DNA of 64,000 bases from Takakia lepidozioides (lineage: Eukaryota; Plantae; Bryophyta), in assembly GCA_030704615.1 (NCBI GenBank), contig CM060734.1, positions 23,622,001 through 23,686,000 on the forward strand, given 5' to 3'. The translations under genes and the position numbers were made by a program. Below are positions 23,416 through 34,664 of this stretch, piece by piece. The notes beneath the pieces were generated by a model. The model had not been told where the DNA came from and did no database searches. It worked only from the letters and a program-made list of their open reading frames with translations. The stretch's first letter is position 1. Each line of letters begins with the position of its first letter.

Positions 23416-24481
23416 AGCAAGAAATATCTGTTCAGCTAAGGAAAGCCATTCATGATCACATAGAACCAGTCTGCCCTAAAATAAACATCAAGTCAGTTCC
23501 TGACACCATGCTTCTTGCCCTATGAGCTGGTTCAGATCTGGGGCAGGTGTGTATGCGCATTGGTGGTGCTCCCACATCATGTTATCAGCCCCAAGACCAG
23601 GTTCAAGGTCTGGGGCAATGATATCATTACCATAATAGGTTGTGATCAAATTTACAGGCCATCAACCCATTCATAGAAACACACAGGGTCTGAATTGCTC
23701 ATTCCAACTCCCTTCACCTGGCTTGAGCACAAATTACCTAGTTGTTCCCTGCTATCCTCTAGCAAGCCCTAAGCTACCCATTCACCATAGCAGCGACGGC
23801 ACCGCCTATTAACTGATTGCTCCATCGCATGCCACGCCGATCTCCCTGTAAGCATATCCTCCAGAAATTGATCATTACCAAGAAGATGGCGGCACCGCTT
23901 TCCCCGCTGCACAGATTACCAGGCTGTGCCCTTATCCTCTACATTAATACTTCCCTTAATGCAAGCCAGATGCCCCAGTGTAGATGCAATCGCCCTTGAC
24001 ACAATGCCCTGCTAATTCCACTGTTCGCAGCATCTGCTCAGAGCCCCCGTCATCTGCCCCTTCGTCTTCCTCGTCCCGCGTTTCTAGGGTAACCGTCAGT
24101 GACGAAAGTCATCCACTTTCATGAACGGAAAACGTGCTAGGTTTCATTAACAGAGTCAATCACAAATTCATTGCATCCTTGGCACTGGATCCTTCGTCCT
24201 CGTTCCTGGGAGTCATCCAGTAAGCATGGATGTAATCCATTCATCATCCGGAAGAAAATACGCCTGGTCACGACTTAGCCACTTTCATCCTGGCCAAGAG
24301 TTCCCCATCGTTCCCATGATGTAACTTAAAAACATGTATGGAATAAATTGCAGGGACAACTCAACCTATTTTCACATTGGTACCAGGGCCCTTTCTTTTG
24401 TAGAAATGCAGAATCTCGGTGAACAAAAATTTCAATGTCACTCCCCTGCATTCATACTACATATGTAGTGTGTCTTCCTTT

Positions 24482-25690
24482 TTAAGTGTCAGGGTCCTCA
24501 CTGACCACCTTCACCGGCTGAACACCTATTGCTGGTATGAAAGGTTTCAAATTACGCCTACTTCTTACCCATTCCTTGCCTGCTCTATCTTTCAGCCTGC
24601 ACCATCGGCCAGCTTCCCTTCCATGATCATAAGGTATACCCAACAGGTACAGCGTGTAAATTCCACATCCGTTTCTGCTCCACAGTTCCTTGAAAATGTC
24701 TGCAGGGATATCTTCACCACTTTCGAGGTCTGAAAAGCTGGCACACCCATTTAGAACATAAGTGAACGAGATCCTATCGGGTTTCAACCCCTCTGGTCTC
24801 ACTTTTTCGCAGATCTTCAAGGTCTCCTTACCAGATCCGTGCTTGGCATACCCTGCCGTCATTATATCCCATGTAGACACATCTCGTTCAGGTGCCTCTT
24901 CAACCACTTGCCGTGCATCCATGATGCTCCAACATTTGGCATCCCTGTCCACGAGGGAAGTGCCCAAGATGATACTAGGCACAATTCCAGTTTCAATGAT
25001 ATCAGCATGGGTCTCCTTGCCTTTTCCCAGGGCTGCCAAGTTCGCACATGCATTGCAAACACACTGGAACGTCACCTGGTTAGGCTTCACCCTTTCATTT
25101 CCAAAATCTGTAGACAGCTCATTGTTTCTATATTGAATTACCTCTGCTGGTATATCCCTAACTGCAATGGATGATCTCCTTGTGCCTTGCCACCACCCTT
25201 GACACCATTTGCCCTCTTTTCTTGGCGGATCTGTTCCCGGATGAACCACCTCATTGTCACGCATCTTCTCTTTGTGACCCTCTTCCACATAATGCAAGCC
25301 TTTGCATGTCCAAATTCCCGGCTTCCACACATGGTTTTCTGCTCCTTTGCATGCCCTAATGACTTCTCCACTCTTCAGGTCATCATGCGTAAGCTTAGGT
25401 GTTGTCAGGTCTCGATCTTCCAGGTTTGCCCCTCTCCTTTTCACCACTTCTTCCATCATTGGAGTGACCTGTAAGCTTTTTCCTCCTAGACAGATTTCTT
25501 CTCCAATCTGCAGGGCCTCTCCCTTGCATGAATCCTCCAACACTTGATACCGCATGTTCCCTTTATCTCTCCCAACATTTGTCAATGGTCCAACATCCAA
25601 AGAAGCTTCAATTGCCTCTTCTTTGTCCTGAATTGGGGTACCTGGTGTCCCCATGAACACGTCGCTGACTGATGACGTACTCAACTCCAA
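24482..25690 (-). CDS. Chimeric 402-aa ORF containing ~3.5 degenerate PLS-class PPR motifs (~24690-25096)
   Basis: VKPNQVTFQCVCNACANLAALGKGKETHADIIETG…LGTSLVD..AKCWSIMDARQV…ERDVSTW…GYAKHG…GLKPDRISFTYVLNGCAS reads as L-S-P-L motifs. Confidence 0.85.
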   Translation of the reverse strand: MELSTSSVSDVFMGTPGTPIQDKEEAIEASLDVGPLTNVGRDKGNMRYQVLEDSCKGEALQIGEEICLGGKSLQVTPMMEEVVKRRGANLEDRDLTTPKLTHDDLKSGEVIRACKGAENHVWKPGIWTCKGLHYVEEGHKEKMRDNEVVHPGTDPPRKEGKWCQGWWQGTRRSSIAVRDIPAEVIQYRNNELSTDFGNERVKPNQVTFQCVCNACANLAALGKGKETHADIIETGIVPSIILGTSLVDRDAKCWSIMDARQVVEEAPERDVSTWDIMTAGYAKHGSGKETLKICEKVRPEGLKPDRISFTYVLNGCASFSDLESGEDIPADIFKELWSRNGCGIYTLYLLGIPYDHGREAGRWCRLKDRAGKEWVRSRRNLKPFIPAIGVQPVKVVSEDPDT

Positions 25691-26249
25691 AAGTAGCTAG
25701 AGCCATTGCAGCTCTGCATGAAGATGCTTGTTATCACCACGGAGCTCATCCACACACTCTTCTTTGGCCCCTTTCAGCTCTCGGTCAGCTTTCTCAAGGG
25801 AAAACCGTAAATGTTGATTTTCCATGACCAGGTTCTCCGCCTGGACTTCAGTTTCTCTCCGTAGGCCTAGGGCAGCTACAACGTCATCTTGTGCATCTTT
25901 CACCTTTAATTGCTCTTCCACCAAGTCTATTCTTAATTGAGATGCAACTTCTCTCAGTTCCCCAAGCTCCCGCACTTTCACCTGAAGGTTGTGTACAACA
26001 TTCCGTGTCTCCTCCTGTGCAACTGCAAGTCTGGTATGCAGCTCATTGAGTTCCTCTCCCGTAGCCAGAGATGCTTCTCCAAGCTCCAACAGCATATGAG
26101 TTGAGCTGCCTTTGAGGTTCATGGGTGACCCTGACATCCTTGTGTCCAAATACCCTCTCTTTACAGGTGTGAGGATAAAGTCAAGCTCACTGTTGCCACA
26201 GCCGCCATGTTGCGAGAACATCCTGGTATCTGAGACCTGTTGTCCTCCT

Positions 26250-26838
26250 CATCCCCCATCACACTCATCCTTCTCGGGAAAACACTAATCCTTGGTGATT
26301 TGACAACATCATGCCCAAACTCCCCAAGTATGTCTTGATCCAGGTGTGCATCTTGATCTAGACCCTTTCTCGTTTGAGCAAGCAATGTACATTCTGCCTC
26401 CACCCATTCCATCTGATCTGCCCAAGACTCCTTGTCATCTTCCTCTCTCATGACACTCACTCCACAGGTTGTACCACCAATCCTTGGTGAGTTGGCAACG
26501 CTATGCCCACACTCCCCAAGTATGTCTTGATCCAGGTGTGCATCTTGCTCTAGACCCTTTCTCGTTTGAGCAAGCAATGTACACTCTTCCTCCACCCATT
26601 CCATCAGATCTGCCCAAGACTCCTTGTTATCTTCCTCTCTCATGACACTCACTCCACAGGTTGTACCACCAATCCTTGGTGAGTTGGCAACGCTATGCCC
26701 ACACTCCCCAAGTATGTCTTGATCCAGGTGTGCATCTTGATCCAGACCCTTTCTCGTTTGAGCAAGCAACGTACACTCTTCCTCCACCCATCCCATCAGA
26801 TCTGCCCAAGACTCCTTGTCAGCTTCCTCTCTCATGAC
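26250..26838 (-). repeat. 192-bp coding tandem repeat, about 3 copies (64-aa unit)
   Basis: Same anchor at 26426, 26618 and 26810; ORF 26161-26835 repeats MREE..KESWAD..WVEEECTLLAQTRKGL. Confidence 0.95.
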
Positions 26839-27698
26839 TGATAACGGCTATGCTACGAGGGACAGACAACGAGGGTCGCAACGGGACATACTGGGTAGTG
26901 ATGGACGTACACTACCTGAGCCACAGGCAGAGACGGCTAAGTATGCGGCACTTAGCCAATGGCGGGACAAGGGTACATTACCACGAGAGCAGTAGTGGGT
27001 AGTGTAGTAACCGTGAGCCGTGAACCACGATATCACACGGTCACGTTAGCATCGGCTTTAACCAATAGAGGGAGTAGTGGACCGCTTACCACTATTGCTC
27101 ATGACCACTACAACGAGCCACTTTTTAGCAAACCTTTTAGGTTGCGTAGGCAGTTAGGCAAACTGTCATTAACGACCGCAGGCTGTAACGGCTCTTTCAA
27201 GCATAGTATAAAAAGACTGCACGCAACTTAGAGTGTGTGTAATATGAGTAGGAGTATCAGTGATCAATGTGTACTTCTGTGATGATGTGACGAACTCTGA
27301 AGTAAAGCCATGCTATTCGAAGTATCTCTGTGTAGAGTGAATGTGAGATGGAGAGAATGTGCATTATGAGATAACGTGAGATGGTGAGAATGTGTATCAT
27401 CTCAGAATAGTTCTTGTTTTATCTTGACTACCATCTGCTTGTATGAACATAGAGGCTTCAGTCTTTTCGACTAAGATCTTTTATGCTAAAGAGACTGTAG
27501 ATTGGGCTTAATCAATAGGATTAAGCAGCTTGCAGGGATATGGCTTCATACGACGTTCATGGTTTAGCTATCCTTAAAATGATTACTTCGTAATCGTTTC
27601 TGGAAGCATACCGTCGGTCAACCTCTGTTGCATGTCTTAGGAAATGGGCAGTAGTGTTGATAGCCTATTTTGTCTAAGTCATAAACCAGCGGTTAACA
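26839..27698 (+). repeat. 5' LTR (860 bp)
   Basis: TG…CA with short terminal inverted repeat, interrupts the 192-bp repeat and is followed by a PBS. No partner LTR is in the window. Confidence 0.8.
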
Positions 27699-28324
27699 TT
27701 TGGCGACCATACTGGGGACTTACGGTATGTTGAGTTCAAAAGTACTCAAAGAAGGATGGTTACTCAGTGATTTCTTGAAATCACGACAGAACAAGTCAAT
27801 AGAAGCAAAGGAATGGAAAACATTCCTGGGAAAATTTCATGGTTTACCAAAAGCAATACAACAGAAAATCTTTCTTTCAGTCGCGAAAGAAGATGACAAA
27901 TGGGGATTGAAGGGAGGAGTGATTAGTATTATACGAGCACCTTGGGAATGTAGGATTAGAAGTGAAGAGTGGTTGTCTCGTCTAGCTCTACTGATTACTC
28001 TAACACCAATCAGAAAAGTTTGCTACACTAGTTATATTTTCAGAGAAGGATGTTCAAATTTTGAATATTGTCACACGATCATAGAAGCAGTAGAGTAATC
28101 AATACCCAAAGACTTATTGCAAGTCAGATACACTGAAAAAGACAGATGGTATTATTGTGCCCATTAAAGTTCGGTGATCAATCAGTAAAAAGGAAAATTA
28201 AGTCGTAATACGGATTCTTGCAAGATAGGATAAATCTTGAAGAAAGGGTAGAGACACTATAAATTTTCTTTACTGACATACCAAGACTGTTTAAAGGGTA
28301 CCGAAAAGGAATTCTACATATGAT

Positions 28325-31300
28325 GTGGGAATGAATGAGGAAATTAAAGAAAAAGCTAAACAAGACAAAGCTGAACGAATAGAGAAATATGCTGCAGAAA
28401 GGGAGGCTCGGTTAAGAGAAGAATTTCCAGAATTACAGAACTTGAAAATTATTCAAGGTGAGACATCAAACAGTGATAAACCAGAAGATCAGGAAATCGG
28501 ATCGGTAGGAAGTGGGAACACTACACCAGAAGAAGTTGCCAGTAATATACTTGGTGAATGGTTACCACAAGAAAGATCTGAAGGACCTTCCACAGTAACA
28601 AGCCCAAATCGAGGTTTTGCTGAAATATTAGAAGAAAGATTTGAGAACATTTTGAGTGAAGAAGGTGAAAGAAGTGAAAGCACTTCTCTAGAAAGGATAA
28701 CCAGAACTGCACTCAAAGCTTTTAAAGATTCATTAAGCTTAGTAGGGACAACAGCTGGAAGACGACTATCATTGGGACAAGGACCTCGTAGCTTTGAATC
28801 ACTGTTTGGAAAAAAAACACCAACACCACCACAGCCAGCAGCAGCGGGACCATCCCAGTTTGGACAACCAGTTGCACCGGCTGCACCGATGGCTTTAGCA
28901 GCAAGCAAAACCAGACCATCATTTCCTTTATATAATGGGAAATTTGATCCAGATATCCATCTTAATCAATTTGAAAACATGTGCACCATTTACAATGAAG
29001 CATCAGACCAAGAGAAGATCCGACTATTTCCTTGTTCAATGGCCCGGAAAGGCATTGAATGGTTGGCAACTTTCCCAGCCAATCACTTTGCGAATTGGGC
29101 AGATATGAGGGCTGCGTTTCAAGAAAGATATAGATCCAACAAATCCACGTCTGAAATCTTCACAGGATTACAGAACCTAAGACAGAAAAAGAAAGAATTG
29201 GTAGTCGACTACCTGGAGAGGATGAAGACTCTGATCAGGAAACTACCTCAAGCACCAGGGGATGATTTGCAAAAATCATGGTTCATCAATGGACTTCGTC
29301 CTGAATACGTAACCATGGTTACAGTCATTCCTAACAACACTTTGGCTGAAGCAGTAGGGACTGCAAAGAAGTTGGAATTGGGATTCCATCAGAGCAGAAG
29401 CAAAGATTCCAAGGATCTCTTGGAAGAAGAAGACTCTGATGATGAAGAAAAGCCCAAGCAAAAGAAGAAAGAAGTGATTGACAAAACCACTTTGGATCAG
29501 AATATAGCAGAGGCTATCAAGAATTTTAAAGATGAAGGGCCACGAAAGGCAACATGGTGTCACAAATGCGGGACTGCATGACACCTGACAACAAAATGCC
29601 ATATGAAGGACAAATATTATGATATTTGTCATATGAACAATCATAATACCAGCCATTATATTTACAACCAACGGGCCAAGAAGACTGGGTGCACACGAGA
29701 GGTGGGGGTACACCAAGTCCAAATCCGACGGGGAGGATTGGACGAACCAAGACGATACAATATGGGTAATCGTTATCAGAGGCCACGAAATGAATATCCA
29801 CCAAGGGATAGGGAACATCAACCCATAAACAAAGAAAGCACGAGATGCCACTATTGCAAGAAAGAGGGACACTGGAAACATGAATGCCAGTTGCGAATCA
29901 AGCATGAGGCAGAAGTGGGAAACATGGAAGCCGGACCAAGTGTAGCCGTAAGTGTGATAACCCCTGTAGTGGATACCCTTGCGGTAACCCGAACTCAGGC
30001 CAAGCAACAGAAACCTCCAGATAAGGAGATTGAAGAAGAACGGAGACAATATCCAGAAAGTGCAGCATGGCAGGAGGAAAAGAGCTTACACCAGGAAGTA
30101 AGTAAAGTCATAGCTCAAATGCAAGAGGGAACCTATATACCTTCTGGAGAGCCAACTCCAGATAAGCAAATCAGACCAACGGTGAAGACCATGAATACAA
30201 CCACGGAAACAGAATTGGCTGAAGTAATTTGCCAGACCAAGACCCAAATTACCATTGGACAATTATTAAAAATTGCCCCACATTGCAAGAAAACTTTATT
30301 TCGGGCAATTGAGGCATTGACCCCCACACAAAAACAAACACCAACACCAGAGGTTTACACGATTAAACCCACAACTATAAGACAAACTCCAGATTACGAC
30401 GAAGTAATACCTGTAATACAAGTACGTATTGGACGGAAGATGGTAACGAATGTACTCATCGATGGAGGATCCGGAGTGAATATCATGACAGAAAAGATGA
30501 AGAAGTCATTAGGATTGGGGCACATGGAACCTGCTCCATTCACGGTACGAATGGCTGATCAACGAGAAGTACAATCATTGGGGATCATCAGACTTTTTGC
30601 AATGGAAGTAGCAGGACTAGTATACGAAATATCAGTAACCATTCTCAGAATGGAGGATGTGGCAGAGGGATATTCACTACTACTTGGCCGACCATGGTTA
30701 ACACAAGCCCAATCACACCACGATTGGGGAAGTCAGACTCTCACAATCAAAAGGGGAGCAGAACAAGTCACCATCACGACGAAGCAACGAGGTACCATTC
30801 CACGAGAGAAACGACCTTACATAGTGGAAGAATATGATTGGTCCAGTGGACTGTCGGATGAAGAAGAAGCCACAGTATACGCAGCACACCCACAGTTGGA
30901 ACCTATTGGACAACTAATGGTCAAGCATACCACAACAGTAGGATGTCACATGGTGAACACCCAAGGAGAACCAAATACTTCGAGAACTGAAGATCCAGAG
31001 GAAGAAGCGATGGACACACCTCAACACCCGACCCGGTTCTATCAAGAAAGGGAAGAAGACATTCAAATTAGTGAAGTACCTGCCACAATTGCAAGCATCG
31101 GACAAGAGATTGCAGGATGGACAGTAACGGAAGAAACTCACTTGATTCAAGTGAATCTGGGAACAGTGGAAGAACCACAGATAATACGAGTAAGTGCAGG
31201 TCTTGAAGAATCATTTCTACAAGAAGCCACCGCATTATTCACTGAATACAAGGATGTATTTGCCTGGAACTACAAAGAGTTGAAGGGTATACCTTCTAAC

Positions 31301-33168
31301 ATCTATCAGCACCGAATTGAATTGGAAGTTGACACAAAACCAATTCGTCAGAACCGTTACAGAATGAACCCCAACTATGCAGCTAAAGTTTGGGAAGAAA
31401 TCAAGAAGTTACTGGATGCAGGATTCATATACCCAGTAGAGACACCACAATGGTTATTGCCCATTGTGATAGTACCCAAGAAAAATGGAAAACTACGAGT
31501 GTGCGTGGACTACCGCAAGTTAAACGCAGGAACCAAGAAAGACCCTTTTCCACTACCTTTCACTGAAATAGTGTTGGACACAGTGGCTGAACATGAGATG
31601 TACTCATTCATGGATGGGTTTAGTGGGTACAACCAAGTGCAGATGGCAGAAGAAGACCGAGAAAAGACCGCATTCATCACTGAATGGGGAGCATATGCTT
31701 ACAAAGTCATGCCATTTGGACTTTGCAATGCACCAGCCACATTTCAACGAGCAGTATGTGAGATATTCAAGAACTATCTCAATGATTTTATGCAGGTATT
31801 TTTGGATGATTTCAGTGTCTTTGGACAGAAATCCAAACATTTGGCACAATTAAAACTTTGCCTACAAGCCTGCAGAAACAATAGAGTAAGTCTCAACCCA
31901 GAAAAATGTACATTCTGTGTGAATTCAGGATTATTATTGGGATTGTGTGCCAACAGGGAATTCTGGTAGATCCAAAGAAAGTGGAGGTTATCCAGAAAAT
32001 ACCACCATCAGAAAATCCCAAGAAACTCAAGAGATTTCTGGGACAGACGAGCTATTACAGAAGGTACATGGACAAATATGCTCACAGAGCAGCACCAGTC
32101 TATAGACTGCTGAAGCAAGATGCCGAATATCGATGGTCTCCAGCTTATCAGGAATCATTTGATTCACTAAAAAAGGCACTCACAGCAGCACCAATTCTAA
32201 TAAATCCATGATGGGATTTACCATTTCATGTACATAGTGATGCATCAGGCATTGCTTTGGGAGCGGTTCTAGCTCAAAATGTGACAGGCACAATAGATTC
32301 ACCAATCTATTATGCAAGCAGATTGTTGACAGCAGCAGAAAAGAATTATAGCACCACAAAAAGGGAGGCATTGGCAATGATTTATGCTGTTCAAAAATTT
32401 CGGCATTATTTACTTGGCAATCGCTTTAAGTTTATTGTTGATCATCAGGCTCTAGTTCATTTAGCAAATCGACCACTAGCTAGTGGCAGGGTTGCTCGAT
32501 GGTTATTACTTCTTCATGAATATGACTTTGAAGTTGTTCATAAACCAGGAAGATTACATGTTATAGCAGATCATCTGTCAAGAATTACTACAGGAGAACC
32601 AGCCACGGGGGTAGAGGATCAACTCCCCGATGCATTTCTGTTTATTGTTCAACCAGAAGCACCAGATGAAGAGACAAATCCTATAAATGCTCTGGGAATG
32701 TTTCAAGGAGACTATGACCTTCCAGATGCTCTCAAACTCATGGACAACACGGATGAAGAAGAAGATTCATCCGATGAAGATGAACCTCTTGATAAAGGAC
32801 TTATTATTGAAGAAGAGTCAGATCCACAAGAAGAAGATGACAAGGAAAATGAAGAAACAGACAATCAATAATTGGCCAATATCAGTATTGGAGCTTATAC
32901 AGTCACCAAAGAAGAAGCAAAAGATATTCAAGATCAAGATCAAGATGATTGGCAATGGCCAATCAAATACTTTCTGAACACAGGGAAATTTCCTGAAGGT
33001 TACACCAAAGATGACAGAAGGAAGCTTTCAATGAAAAGCAAGCCATACACATTAATCAAAGGGATTTTGTACAAAAGAGGAATTGACTCCATAATGAGAA
33101 GATGTGTAAACAAAGACCAAGCCAAAACACTAATGCAAGAACTACATGAAGGAATTGCAGGTAGACAC
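28325..33168 (+). pseudogene. gag-pol: gag-pol, disrupted
   Basis: FPLYNGKFDPDIH gag motif, CHYCKKEGHWKHEC, VLIDGGSGVN, FLDD, NYSTTKRE; several stops and frameshifts. Confidence 0.93.
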
Positions 33169-33232
33169 GGGGGCTGCTATTTCATGAGCGGCATGAGCAT
33201 GAGCGGAAAAAAAAAAAGCATGAGCAGACCAT
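33169..33232 (+). repeat. Orphan terminus of a third MULE-family element
   Basis: GGGGGCTGCTATTTCATGAGC aligns without gaps to GAGGTTTACTATTTCATGAGC (17/21) and is followed by CATGAGC repeats. It sits exactly where the Gypsy integrase is cut. Confidence 0.75.
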
Positions 33233-33654
33233 TGTGGAAACTTAGCCTCTTTTAGAAGCCGGTTACTCTAGGACACTTGATACCATGCCAAACTGATATG
33301 GATGGATCTTTTTGTGGCCAAATCTGGTCCTTGGTTATATGCCCTTGAATGTTTACCTATTTTCCAAAACGGTAAGACATTGGTAGATGCGAAGAGAATG
33401 ATTCAGGCATTGTATTCAAGTTGCTTTAGGATAAATAATACCAAAGTAACCTGCAGGCCTGATGGGATGAGCAATTCAGATTCTTTGTGTTTCCTTTGGA
33501 TGATTGCATGGCATGTAAATCTGATTACAGCCTGTTATGGTAATGATTTCCCTACCCCAGACATAGAACTTGGTCTTGGGGCATGGAATAATACTTGCAC
33601 TGTTCCCAAGTCATTGGCACACCTCTTACCTATACAAATAAGGAGTTCAGGACG

Positions 33655-34664
33655 TTCGGAGCCTGGACTTCAAACCAGGAAGGTGTAGAGAGAACGAGAG
33701 GTGATGCAAGCATTGCAGTGGAATGTTGATTGAGGGGAGATTCTCCAAACCCTCAGTCACAGAATGTATTGTCTTGATTCTGTTTTCTTTTCTTTCTGGT
33801 TCAGCACTTTAGTGGTGATCATACCTGCAAAGTGGATGCAGTAGAGTAGAAACAAGTAAGATTTGTTGGTCAGTATTACAGCATAGGAATGAGGGTTCAG
33901 TTTACCAAGAACTAAGGCCTGGCATATGCATGCACAAAGTAGTGGAATGCATGGTAGATCTCTTGCAAACTGTTGGGTGCTTCTGCATTGCATGTAGCTG
34001 CATAAGTGACACTGTCATTTCATGTTAGTTGTTAAACTGAGAGGGATCTGTTTTTGGAACTCTGTTAATTGGGAGTTGAATGCAAACTAAGGTTTTTGGT
34101 TTTGTAGAATGCATATAGTTAAGGGGCTTGTATTTACTAACTGACAAACTGATTGCTTCTGCAAGCAATCAGAATGAAGAGGGTCTCTGTGTGGAAAGAG
34201 AGAAAGACTAATGAAGGATGAAGGGAGGGTCACTTGTGAGTTAAAGGAAAAACCGTGAGAGGCAGTGAACTACCTGTACCTGCACATGGTGGTAGATCCA
34301 TGTTGCATCCTCACATCACAATGCTTTCATTCTAGAGGAAGTTCAGCATGTACTGCTTTTAAAGGTAACCAAGTGTAGTCACCCAGATAGTGAGCTGTTT
34401 GTGACACTGAAATCATAACAACACTCTTATTGGTGTATGCAAACCGGACTTGGATGTACCAAGTCATAAAAGGGAGAAACTTCCCAGTCCCATCCATGTC
34501 TTCTCTTCCGCTGCGGCGTGGATGAGGGCATCTGGTCTCTGATCATGAACAGGTTAGAGGCACTCATTAGGGGTGTGAGTCTTAGGGTAGCAAGCGTATC
34601 TTTCACTAAGAACTAGATAGAATTAGACAGAAGGGGATTTATGCCCCTCTCTTTTCACACTACA
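33655..34664 (+). repeat. Partial LTR (3' portion) of a family-D relative
   Basis: Ends …CTTTTCACACTACA; diverged reverse complement of 42934-44060. Confidence 0.7.

Larger units (their letters stand above)
23707..26838 (-). mobile_element. Internal part of a non-autonomous Gypsy-derived element (family D) carrying a PPR fragment
   Basis: 23707-24470 is homologous to 44704-45570, which adjoins a PPT and LTR. The ORF end CRLKDRAGKEWVRSRRNLKPF resembles an integrase C-terminal tail. Cut at 26839 by an LTR insertion. Confidence 0.6.
26839..33168 (+). mobile_element. Phygy-like Gypsy element of a second family; 3'-truncated within the integrase zinc-finger region
   Basis: LTR 26839-27698 (TGATAAC…GTTAACA), PBS 27701-27718, gag 28325-29581, PR-RT 29603-31969, RH 32257-32871. 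INT breaks off at ELHEGIAGRH. Confidence 0.93.

Noticed and set aside
24482-25690. Functional host PPR editing-factor gene
   Set aside because: Only ~3.5 degenerate motifs, no E/DYW domain, and embedded in retroelement-like sequence.
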